Part shown: piece by piece, positions 36,758 to 44,973 of the stretch | Layout: the number at the start of each line of letters is the position of its first letter | Numbering within the stretch: position 1 is the first letter of the stretch | Virus record (IMG/VR): IMGVR_UViG_3300020045_011377 | Span: 1 to 49,493 of that record | DNA from: a virus | Lineage: Duplodnaviria; Caudoviricetes | Length of the DNA stretch: 49,493 nucleotides | Reading direction: 5' to 3' (one strand) | Translations under genes and position numbers: made by a program | Notes under the pieces: generated by a model | Database searches by the model: none | The model's input: only the letters and a program-made list of their open reading frames with translations | What the model was told of the DNA's origin: nothing

Positions 36758-36944
36758 CTTCTGGGAAAGGATCGATAGCCATCATTTGCTGACCATTCCA
36801 CAAGGCAGTTGGAGGCATGATTACCTTCCAGCGACCTCTATACTCACCATCATCAGCAAATTGCTCGAAAACATCACCAACTTTGAGTTCTTTAACAACA
36901 CAAGGTACTTTCTGACCTTTGAATATTTTATTGTAGTTCATCAA
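36687..36944 (-). CDS. Hypothetical protein with C-terminal Cys cluster
   Basis: CCENE...GGCVNCGAPC. Confidence 0.6.
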   Translation of the reverse strand: MMNYNKIFKGQKVPCVVKELKVGDVFEQFADDGEYRGRWKVIMPPTALWNGQQMMAIDPFPEDDCCENEQRSMAGGCVNCGAPCF

Positions 36945-37174
36945 AACCTCGGTGGTTCAACATGAACTGGTTGATAATCGTAGATCCATTGTTCAATCTT
37001 ACGAACGCGCTCATCCATTGTGAGGCTGTTTAATTTAGCGAAGTGTTGAGCTCTTTTGAATTCGCGTGAATTCGTCGTGCAATCATCACACTCAGTAGGA
37101 TAAACACCTGATGCATGAGTTGCAATCTTGTGTTGAAAACATCGCTGACATAAGATTTCAGTTACGAGTGCCAT
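36941..37174 (-). CDS. Zinc-finger hypothetical protein
   Basis: CQRC...CDDC; GGAG SD. Confidence 0.65.
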   Translation of the reverse strand: MALVTEILCQRCFQHKIATHASGVYPTECDDCTTNSREFKRAQHFAKLNSLTMDERVRKIEQWIYDYQPVHVEPPRF

Positions 37175-37190
37175 CTACTTCTCCAAATAA

Positions 37191-37569
37191 GTGTAAGGTC
37201 TTAGTAGTCAGAGTTCTGTTCTATCCGTAAATTCGTCTACGAGTTTCCTCGTCCTCCCCACCTCACGATGGATCACTGGTGCACCAACCCGGACCAATAA
37301 CCAAGAGATTGCCTGGCCCTGTATGGCTTGCTGGCTATATCACGCTAGTGTTAACGATGGTAGATATTGAAGGTGTCCAGTGCTGATCTCTGGAATAGTG
37401 GTTTTCAAAGCAAACGTTTGCACCTGGATCCTCGGCTCACTAAGTTGTTTCCCCATCACTTTGCGCATCAGCCTACGCATCCACCTTCAATATCTACCAT
37501 CTCCTATACGTCTCTTGCGCCAGCTCTGAACTTCCTCGACTTTCGCCGCTTACGGTCAAAACCTTACAC
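37191..37569 (-). ncRNA. rnpB: RNase P RNA-like ribozyme with a non-canonical specificity domain
   Basis: P1 GTGTAAGGTTTT/AAGACCTTACAC; P2 CCGTAAG/TTTACGG; P3 with GAAA loop; P4 pseudoknot GAGGAAGTTCAGAG/ACAGAACTCTGAC with bulged U; P5 GCTGG/CCAGC; P6 CAAGAGA/TCTCTTG; L15 GGU; CR-IV-like AGACGAAT; TATAAT at 37574..37579. Confidence 0.85.
37356..37501. repeat. Perfect 20-bp inverted repeat enclosing a two-hairpin kissing-loop module
   Basis: gatggtagatattgaaggtg (37356..37375) and caccttcaatatctaccatc (37482..37501). Confidence 0.95.
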
Positions 37570-37581
37570 ATTAATTATATG

Positions 37582-38658
37582 TTAAATTCGATGCTCTCTA
37601 TAGATTTCTGCTAAAGTCATTTCTTTATCAAAAATCTTTTTACTGTCAGGCACAAGTTTTGTAGAAAACGCTGTTGCTTGCGCACCTGTTAACCGATCAA
37701 GCTTCAGATGAGCAAAACAACGACCTGGCCTCATTAGAGCTTCATCAATATCACCGATATTCGGAAGATTGGTTGTGAAGATGACCTTACGACCAACGCT
37801 CTTGATGATACCATCGCTGATGGTCAAGAAACGATGCATATCCTTATTACCATCAGAGCGAGGCTTCAGAACGTGATCTGCATCTTCAACTATGAAGAGT
37901 ATCTCTGAACCGGTAATAAAGTGTGCAAAGATTTCATCACCTTCGAAGATCTTTGAATCGCTGACATACAGCGCAACGCGAGGGGTACTCGCATCATCAA
38001 TTCGATTTACATCTTCTTGCTTCGATACGAAATTACCAGCTTCTTTCAAGATTGCACGTAAGAGGCGCGACTTACCTGTGCCTGGCACACCTTGAAGAAT
38101 AAGAACAGATTCATCACCATGAAGAAACGCTTTGATGAACTTCTCAATTGAGCCCCACTTTGCGACGATTGATGGATACGCTTCATCGTGAATCTTGTCA
38201 TCGATGATTTCTTCGATGTAAGACACATCAAGCCCGCGACTTGTTGTGTATGCCCAGCGGATACCAACAGCAACGTTATCCGCAATTACCTTACCATCGA
38301 ACAAACTATAGAGGCGCTTTTGTTCTTTCTTGAACGCATCTTCATCTTTACACCATATACGAACATAGAACGAGCAATATTTTGTACGCTGTTGAACCTT
38401 GATTGCAGCGATAACGTTTGGTATTGCTGTATCAGTGTTTGTGATGAGATACTTGTTCGGCTGAACTGCAATCACCTGACATTTATCGAGAATTTTGAAT
38501 TTTGCGCAGATATCGTTGATATCACCTACAACTGCAAACCCGTAATCCTTACAAAATCCAGGTACATCTTGTCCAGCATTTTGTGCTTTTTCAAACACTT
38601 CAAATACATACTTGTCTTCAAACTCATGAACTTGAAGCTGAATCTCACTGTTCTGCAT
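37582..38658 (-). CDS. AAA+ ATPase
   Basis: GVPGTGKS, FIVEDAD, FTTN and DEALMRPGR motifs. Confidence 0.9.
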   Translation of the reverse strand: MQNSEIQLQVHEFEDKYVFEVFEKAQNAGQDVPGFCKDYGFAVVGDINDICAKFKILDKCQVIAVQPNKYLITNTDTAIPNVIAAIKVQQRTKYCSFYVRIWCKDEDAFKKEQKRLYSLFDGKVIADNVAVGIRWAYTTSRGLDVSYIEEIIDDKIHDEAYPSIVAKWGSIEKFIKAFLHGDESVLILQGVPGTGKSRLLRAILKEAGNFVSKQEDVNRIDDASTPRVALYVSDSKIFEGDEIFAHFITGSEILFIVEDADHVLKPRSDGNKDMHRFLTISDGIIKSVGRKVIFTTNLPNIGDIDEALMRPGRCFAHLKLDRLTGAQATAFSTKLVPDSKKIFDKEMTLAEIYREHRI

Positions 38659-39499
38659 TTTTTGTCCTCATGTCAACCAATGTGTTTTCAATTTTGTATC
38701 GCCATACTTTAAAACCACTCTCGTTCAACTTATCAACGAGAGCGAGCATTCTTGTATTAATATCTGAATAACTAGCACTACGACCTGTGCAGAAGGTATC
38801 GTTCTTTGAACGCTCCTCTGTATCTGATTTACGCTTCTTCATCAGAAGATCTGCCACTCTAAACGCATACTGCTTCGCAATCTGTCTGAACTCTTCAAGT
38901 CTCTCATCAAACACCGGCTCTACTGTGATATGACACTCAAAGTAGAGATCTGTTTTGTATTGATCTCTGATACTCTGTTCGTGGTCAAATACAACAAGAA
39001 CACCTGCTTCTTTGAACTGCATCAGCGACTCTTCAAAGTTATTATCTCTGATTACAACTGGATCATCAACGAAAGGAGCAACCACACGTTTGATCTGAGC
39101 TTGAATAACCATCGAAGCGCACACTGAACACGACATTAGAGGCCATGTATACAGCGTGCAGTTCGATAAATCACGACGAGCGAAGATGATGGCGTTGCGC
39201 TCACAATGAAGAACCATCTTGTGTTTTAACTCACGGTTAGCGTAACGCTCAGGTGTGTCGTCTACTCCACGCGCAAATCCATTGAATCCAATTGATACAG
39301 GGTAATTTGTATAAGTTTCAGCGATTACAGCGCCCGTCTGAGTACGAGGATCTTTCGACCAATCGTTAGCAACGAATCGCGCGAGACGTAGATACTTTTT
39401 GTCCCAGCTTCTTACTGAGAGTAAACAATCTTTATGACAGCGTGGTCGCCCTGTGTTGACATCTTCTCGACAATCACGATGATGTCTAAAATGCGACAT
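38645..39499 (-). CDS. dCMP deaminase fused to an extra C-terminal domain
   Basis: SKDPRTQTGAVI, HCERNA and SCSVCA motifs; about 95 additional residues. Confidence 0.85.
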   Translation of the reverse strand: MSHFRHHRDCREDVNTGRPRCHKDCLLSVRSWDKKYLRLARFVANDWSKDPRTQTGAVIAETYTNYPVSIGFNGFARGVDDTPERYANRELKHKMVLHCERNAIIFARRDLSNCTLYTWPLMSCSVCASMVIQAQIKRVVAPFVDDPVVIRDNNFEESLMQFKEAGVLVVFDHEQSIRDQYKTDLYFECHITVEPVFDERLEEFRQIAKQYAFRVADLLMKKRKSDTEERSKNDTFCTGRSASYSDINTRMLALVDKLNESGFKVWRYKIENTLVDMRTKNAEQ

Positions 39500-39599
39500 G
39501 GAAGAGCAAGTGAGCTGCGTAAATGATTACTGCAGGGATGATCCACCAGAGCGAAAGATTTAAACCAAAGATTAGTAGTAAGGCAATGAAAAGTGTCAT
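39486..39599 (-). CDS. Small membrane protein (37 aa), amber stop
   Basis: MTLFIALLLIFG...; GGAG SD; TTGATT-N17-TATAAT at 39621..39649. Confidence 0.55.
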   Translation of the reverse strand: MTLFIALLLIFGLNLSLWWIIPAVIIYAAHLLFHVAF

Positions 39600-39652
39600 G
39601 ACAGCTCCAAATTATCAAACATTATAAGGTATTCAACCAATTAAATCAAGGG

Positions 39653-40591
39653 TTACACATGAATCAACGGCTTCGGAGTATGAACAATTGGCATCCCGCG
39701 CCCGACTGAGGGTTTCGCAAGCTCAGGGTGTTTCTTCATCCAATCTTGAACGAACCAGAGCTGACCACAACCACCACCAATGTCATCCTGACCAGCGGGG
39801 TCGAAGCAGCGAGTACTGAAACCTTCATTCGCGAGTTTGGTCATGAAGTTCTGAGCTAATTCACGCTGCCTGAAGTTTGCTGCAGCGATACTTTCATCAC
39901 GCTCGCAAATAACGCTGATTGTCGCTTGCCATACTGCTGGGTCAAAAAACACGAGAAGACGCTTGACATCTTCATCACTCGTATTTTTCTCATGCGCACA
40001 GTAATTGAAGAATGGCATACGCCCTGTTGCTTCATGCCACAGTTGACCTTCAACACCAATATCAGCGAGGGTGAGTTTACCCTTCAGCGGAATCAGTTTA
40101 TCGCGTTCAACATCAAGCGATTCGTGAACACTAAACTGCAGACCAACCGTCGGGATGCGCTTACTGATTTCACGGAAGCGTTTGTAATCAGACTTCGGTG
40201 CTGATGTGCTTACAAGCAACGCAGCTTTCGGATATCGACGATACAACTCATCGAGCGCGCCTTCAAGCCCATTGAGATTCAAGAGTGGTTCACCCATGCT
40301 CATGAACATAATCTGCATACGCTGAACTTGATCAGGGTCGATGTTACGATCTTTGAAGAGATACTCAACTTGCGCAACAATCTCTTCTGATGTTAATGAG
40401 CGTACAAAGTTGTCACCTGCCCCACAGAAACGACATCCAACGGGGCAACCACTTTGAGTTGAGCAGCAGATAACTGTGCGTTCTTCGTATGTTGGATATT
40501 TGTAGAGAACTGATTCTGCTACAGCATTTCCAAAGTCATACACATATTTACTGACATTTTCGTCAGATGAATCTACACGACGAACTTCCAT
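39653..40591 (-). CDS. RlmN/Cfr-like radical SAM RNA methyltransferase
   Basis: ICCSTQSGCPVGCRFC, FMSMGEP and GGCGQL motifs. Confidence 0.85.
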   Translation of the reverse strand: MEVRRVDSSDENVSKYVYDFGNAVAESVLYKYPTYEERTVICCSTQSGCPVGCRFCGAGDNFVRSLTSEEIVAQVEYLFKDRNIDPDQVQRMQIMFMSMGEPLLNLNGLEGALDELYRRYPKAALLVSTSAPKSDYKRFREISKRIPTVGLQFSVHESLDVERDKLIPLKGKLTLADIGVEGQLWHEATGRMPFFNYCAHEKNTSDEDVKRLLVFFDPAVWQATISVICERDESIAAANFRQRELAQNFMTKLANEGFSTRCFDPAGQDDIGGGCGQLWFVQDWMKKHPELAKPSVGRGMPIVHTPKPLIHV

Positions 40592-40592
40592 G

Positions 40593-41978
40593 TTATTTCT
40601 CCTCTGCGTTGGCGCGCTGACGTACTTCATCAAAGTTCCAACGCTTGGTTAGAACACCATTTTCATACACTGTTACCAGCGCATCAGGTTTACCAGGAAC
40701 AAAAGGTGCAGATGTATATTCACCTGTATATTTGTCCTGGAACAACGTTACACGACCTTTCTTTGAGCGCTTACCAGTATCAGTAACAGGATCTTTGTAA
40801 ACATCGCGCCACTGATTGTTGACTTCAATGGCAGAGCATTTCATGGCCCATTTATTGGTATCGCGATCCAGTTGCTGGAGCAACGCACCACCTTGGCCGA
40901 ATGCAACGTTATCAGTACTGTATCCGAGTTCAGTGATTTTCTCCAAGATGTCTTTAATTGACTCTTCTGTAATACCATCACCTTGAATCACACGCATGTT
41001 GTTCAATACTTTGTATCCTTTCGAATTCACTGTGTGACCATAAGCGTTATTGAGCATCACTAGACAATCAGCGACTACTTCAGAAGGAACTCCTGAGTCA
41101 GGGCGAATAATAACCACGGCGCCCGAATCAATAACCTCTTGCTTCAATGTGCGCCCCCAGTGATTCTCAACTGCTTGATAAATATTGTAGGAATCTGATA
41201 CAACAGCCACCGGCGCACCCGGCTTCGCGAATTGCTTTAGCATATTGCGATACGCTTCAACTTCGTTTTCACGGCCCCAACTTGTGATTGTACTGTGCTC
41301 TGCTGCAGGAATACTGAATGATGGCTTCACTGCGTTGTAGTATTTCATTGCAAACAATGCACCGGTTACCGTATCAGAGCCCATTGATCCAGCGGCCAAG
41401 AACGCCATATCACCAATACCAGCAGACTCAAACGAGCTTACACCGCGCGCACCAAAATCGTGATGCTTGAAATTCAGGCCATTTACATCACCAGTCTTTT
41501 CAAGATAACTACGAATCACATTGCGAATCGACCATGCATTTGTCGCGACAGTTGAGCCATACCACGCAGCACGTAAGATACCAGTTTCGAGCCATGTGGT
41601 CGCCCAAGGAAATTCGGGATCTGTGTTCTCAATTGTTACGAGAACGTTGTTTGTAGGAACAACGGAACCTTCAGGAACAGCGCGAATACGCACTGGGAAG
41701 AAACCTCTGTGCTTAGCAAGCATATTAATCCACGCTTGCTTGTTAAATGGTTCCCCGTGATCAGCCCAGAACTTCGCAGCTTCATCGATATCTCGACGAG
41801 TAAATGGTGTCATCAGATACTCCATCAAGTAATACTGAAGACCAAAGAAGACCGTCTTCGGGTACTTACCACCACGCGATTCAACGTATGAAAATACACG
41901 CTGAGTTCCGGGTGGGTACTGACAGTGCATTGATGCTTTGTAACTATCTGTGTTTAACGCAATATTCTTCAAATTCAT
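40593..41978 (-). CDS. nadV: Nicotinamide phosphoribosyltransferase (NAMPT)
   Basis: TDSYKASM, HDFGARG, PAAEHS, VSDSYN, RPDSG and KRSKKGR motifs. Confidence 0.95.
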   Translation of the reverse strand: MNLKNIALNTDSYKASMHCQYPPGTQRVFSYVESRGGKYPKTVFFGLQYYLMEYLMTPFTRRDIDEAAKFWADHGEPFNKQAWINMLAKHRGFFPVRIRAVPEGSVVPTNNVLVTIENTDPEFPWATTWLETGILRAAWYGSTVATNAWSIRNVIRSYLEKTGDVNGLNFKHHDFGARGVSSFESAGIGDMAFLAAGSMGSDTVTGALFAMKYYNAVKPSFSIPAAEHSTITSWGRENEVEAYRNMLKQFAKPGAPVAVVSDSYNIYQAVENHWGRTLKQEVIDSGAVVIIRPDSGVPSEVVADCLVMLNNAYGHTVNSKGYKVLNNMRVIQGDGITEESIKDILEKITELGYSTDNVAFGQGGALLQQLDRDTNKWAMKCSAIEVNNQWRDVYKDPVTDTGKRSKKGRVTLFQDKYTGEYTSAPFVPGKPDALVTVYENGVLTKRWNFDEVRQRANAEEK

Positions 41979-42001
41979 GTAAATCTCCTTTACAATTTAA
42001 A

Positions 42002-42024
42002 CACTCAACGTCTATCGTTAAGTG
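42002..42024 (-). promoter_or_regulatory. GAUAGAC-loop leader hairpin upstream of nadV
   Basis: CACTTAAC GATAGAC GTTGAGTG. Confidence 0.7.
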
Positions 42025-42110
42025 ATACTAACAGAAAATAACCACTGATTAAATGTCATCCAAACAGCTGCGGTCACTACTAAAAGAATGTATGTAGTTT
42101 TGATTGACAT
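42018..42110 (-). CDS. Small hydrophobic ORF (30 aa)
   Basis: TGATG coupling to the natV stop. Confidence 0.45.
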   Translation of the reverse strand: MSIKTTYILLVVTAAVWMTFNQWLFSVSIT

Positions 42111-43120
42111 CATACACTCCCAAGCAAATAGGTGATGATGTCGAGATGGTCTTCAAACATCTTTTGTGAATTGATTGAACCGATTGGAATCCACGCAGCT
42201 TTTACTGCGTCTTCAGCACCTTGAACCTTTGGCAATTCACCAGCCGGTAACTGGATCAAGAATGCATGAGTTATTGTTCGACCACGCAAAGAGCGCTTTG
42301 GATGATCAAATACGTGGCGGTAGACAATACTACCTTTCAAAACAGGACCAGGAACTTTGAGTCTCGTCTCTTCACGCAATTCACGAATCATACCATCTTC
42401 AATTCGTTCATTTTGATTGAGGAAACCACCAGGAAGTGCCCATTGACCTTCACCAGGCGCCGCTTTGCGTTTTACGAGCAGCACATGGCCTGATTGAACA
42501 ACGACCGCATCAGTTGTCACGAAGATAGGTGGGTATGGAGCGGCTTCCCACGACTTCTTGTAATCTCTGATCACATTTGCTTCGCGCATGAGTACTTGAT
42601 ATTCATCTGTTTTCTTGAAGCGAGCAAGTGAGGCGCTCGTTGAATTCGGAAGCGCACCAGAGTAGAGCATCTCGCTCACTTCACTGAAATACATCTCACG
42701 AATATCAGATGCGTTGACGTTGTTACTCATCTGATGGTCAACGCGGAACCACTGAGGAAAAAGATCGAGATAGAACGATGAATCATCTTTCGCATGCCCG
42801 ATGATTTCAACCGTATCCCCCTCTCTTGTGTTATCAACAACAATACGCTGCACACGAGCAGCCCACTTCTGGTTGTTGTAAATTGAATCAGTCAACGGAA
42901 ACACGAAGAGTTTCGTTGGATTTAGATGCTCGTTTGGATAGTTCGCCAAGATCATATTTCGACGCTCGGCGTAGGTCCACGGATTCTTGATTGTGCGGGG
43001 CTGAAACGAGCTGCCGATGAGCAGAATTACCTTGTCTGCTGAAGACAGAGCGTAATCAACAAGACGTTTGTGTTCCGAGTGAAACGGTTGGAATCGACCG
43101 ATAAATACTTTAACGCGCAT
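42110..43120 (-). CDS. natV: Bifunctional NMN adenylyltransferase / Nudix hydrolase (NadM-Nudix)
   Basis: GRFQPFH, KNPW, NASDIR, WALPGG and Nudix box RELREET. Confidence 0.93.
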   Translation of the reverse strand: MRVKVFIGRFQPFHSEHKRLVDYALSSADKVILLIGSSFQPRTIKNPWTYAERRNMILANYPNEHLNPTKLFVFPLTDSIYNNQKWAARVQRIVVDNTREGDTVEIIGHAKDDSSFYLDLFPQWFRVDHQMSNNVNASDIREMYFSEVSEMLYSGALPNSTSASLARFKKTDEYQVLMREANVIRDYKKSWEAAPYPPIFVTTDAVVVQSGHVLLVKRKAAPGEGQWALPGGFLNQNERIEDGMIRELREETRLKVPGPVLKGSIVYRHVFDHPKRSLRGRTITHAFLIQLPAGELPKVQGAEDAVKAAWIPIGSINSQKMFEDHLDIITYLLGSV

Positions 43121-43131
43121 AGGAAATCCTC

Positions 43132-43287
43132 CTAGTTATTGGAAAGCTGTCTATCAGCAATCCTTGATTCAAAATCTTCTTCTGACTCAGCATACTCAAC
43201 GTGGCCACATTCTGGACACTTCACATCACCGTAGCCCATACTATCCCACATTCTATCGATAGTGGCTTCACATTTAGGACAAATCAT
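43132..43287 (-). CDS. Small zinc-ribbon protein (51 aa), leaderless, amber stop
   Basis: CPKC...CPECG; TATAAT 5 nt upstream. Confidence 0.55.
   Translation of the reverse strand: MICPKCEATIDRMWDSMGYGDVKCPECGHVEYAESEEDFESRIADRQLSNN
43141..43163 (-). promoter_or_regulatory. GAUAGAC-loop leader hairpin upstream of natV
   Basis: GGATTGCT GATAGAC AGCTTTCC. Confidence 0.7.
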
Positions 43288-43307
43288 ACAATATTATATG
43301 GTACCTA

Positions 43308-44201
43308 TCACATAAAACCAAGCATTCTCTCAACTGGCTTTCGCGCTCGACGAATGATATCATCTGAGAGATAATCGATACGATCACCAATACCACCCAT
43401 CGCTTTGATTGATGCCTCGAATGTATTCTTCTTCATGAACGGACACGCGTTGCAGTGACATCCATTGTAAATTGGTGCCTGACGAATATCGAGGTCAGGG
43501 CGAGCTTCTCGCATATTGTGAAGTAGGCCTTCTTCCGTTGCAACATAGATGATTGCATCATCGCGAGTGTTCTTGACCCAATTCAGCATCTTCATAGTTG
43601 AGCCAACAACATTGCTCACTTTGAGAATTGAAAGAGGTGACTCTGGATGAGAGATAAGAACCTTACGCTTACCTGGATCCTTCATGTAAGCGACCATCAA
43701 CTCATCGAGATTGAACTGATCGTGCACATCACACACCGCGGACCAGAGTGGCATGTTCCAACCATAGGTGTAGTTAAGATACGCTCCCATGTTGCGATCT
43801 GGTGAGAAGATTACCTTCTTACCCTGCTTGTAGATGTGTTTGATGACATCATCTACATTACGAGAGGTAACGATCCAATCACTCAGCGCTTTGTGCTCTG
43901 CTGAAGAGTTGATGTAGGCTACGTGTTCATGGTCGTGATACTGCTCACGCCATTTACGCAGTTCTTCAATGTCGGTCTGTTCGACCAACGAGCAAGATGC
44001 GGATAGAGTGGGAATGATTACTTCGGCGGCAGGATTCAGAATCTTAGCTGTTTCAGCCATGAATCGAACACCGAGAAACACTATTCGATCTGCTTTGGCG
44101 GCGCGCGCAGCGAGTGAGAGATCGAGTGAGTCGCCAACGTGATCGGCGAGCTTCTGTACCTCAGGAGAGGTATAGTAGTGAGCAAGTACAATTTGACGCA
44201 T
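43308..44201 (-). CDS. nadA: Quinolinate synthase
   Basis: LAHYY, GDSL, FMAETAKILNP, YINSS, HPE and GST motifs; three Fe-S Cys (SCSL, CDVH, CPFM). Confidence 0.93.
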   Translation of the reverse strand: MRQIVLAHYYTSPEVQKLADHVGDSLDLSLAARAAKADRIVFLGVRFMAETAKILNPAAEVIIPTLSASCSLVEQTDIEELRKWREQYHDHEHVAYINSSAEHKALSDWIVTSRNVDDVIKHIYKQGKKVIFSPDRNMGAYLNYTYGWNMPLWSAVCDVHDQFNLDELMVAYMKDPGKRKVLISHPESPLSILKVSNVVGSTMKMLNWVKNTRDDAIIYVATEEGLLHNMREARPDLDIRQAPIYNGCHCNACPFMKKNTFEASIKAMGGIGDRIDYLSDDIIRRARKPVERMLGFM

Positions 44202-44226
44202 AGGAAAATCCTTCCTAGAATATAGC

Positions 44227-44259
44227 AGGACCGTCTATCGGTTCCTTGATGTATTTATA
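44227..44259 (-). promoter_or_regulatory. Late promoter TATAAATA plus GAUAGAC-loop leader hairpin upstream of nadA
   Basis: AGGAACC GATAGAC GGTCCT; promoter at 44252..44259. Confidence 0.7.
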
Positions 44260-44276
44260 ATATGTTATTCTGGCAA

Positions 44277-44687
44277 TTAAATCAAGTACTTCTTTGATCT
44301 TGGTTTGTATATCAACTCATACCACCATAGTTCTTGAGGGCAGATTGATTTAAAAGCTTCATTGAAATTTTTACCGTGACCATCATCTCTTACTGATGCG
44401 AGGTGCGCAAGTTCGTGCGCCAAGTAATATGTGGCAAACCTATCACCACCGTGAACATATGCCTTACCACAGAAATGAATTCTGGTTTCATACACCCAGG
44501 CTGGTATTCTTACACTTCTATACTTTCTACTTGAGTTACCCGCCTTACAGTGAGATACTACAATCACTGTATCTTCAAGAAAATCAATACCGTTATGAAG
44601 CAGTGGTAGTGAATTGAGTAGTAAACGTCTTGTGAGCTCTAGATCAACATTACGTATATACTTCATCTCAATCTTTAGAAATTGCAA
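44277..44687 (-). CDS. SprT-like HExxH metallopeptidase
   Basis: LAHELAH...GHGKNF. Confidence 0.65.
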   Translation of the reverse strand: MQFLKIEMKYIRNVDLELTRRLLLNSLPLLHNGIDFLEDTVIVVSHCKAGNSSRKYRSVRIPAWVYETRIHFCGKAYVHGGDRFATYYLAHELAHLASVRDDGHGKNFNEAFKSICPQELWWYELIYKPRSKKYLI

Positions 44688-44709
44688 CGAGTGAGTTTAT
44701 CAAATTCCA

Positions 44710-44973
44710 TTATTCATAATACCAGAGAATATCACCTGGTTTACCCATATATACACAGCGTGACATACGGAAATTACGCTCACCAGTTGTCTCGAGAAGT
44801 GTTAAATTCTTGCAATCACCGTCTTCTCGAACATCAAGGATACGAACCTGATATGACTTCTCTGAAGCAACCACTACTTGCTCAGCAGGCGCTTCTACTT
44901 TCTTCTGTGGTCTCTCCCCGCAAGCTGGTATCAGGAGTAATACCACAAGCAACACTACTTTCTGAATCTTCAT
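44710..44973 (-). CDS. Putative lipoprotein
   Basis: Signal peptide ending LLIPAC. Confidence 0.6.
   Translation of the reverse strand: MKIQKVVLLVVLLLIPACGERPQKKVEAPAEQVVVASEKSYQVRILDVREDGDCKNLTLLETTGERNFRMSRCVYMGKPGDILWYYE

Noticed and set aside
37356-37501. MITE or transposon interpretation of the 20-bp inverted repeat
   Set aside because: No transposase, no evident target-site duplication and no second copy; it sits at the S-domain position of the RNase P fold
37367-37585. 72-aa plus-strand ORF
   Set aside because: It overlaps the RNase P-like RNA, which explains the sequence better
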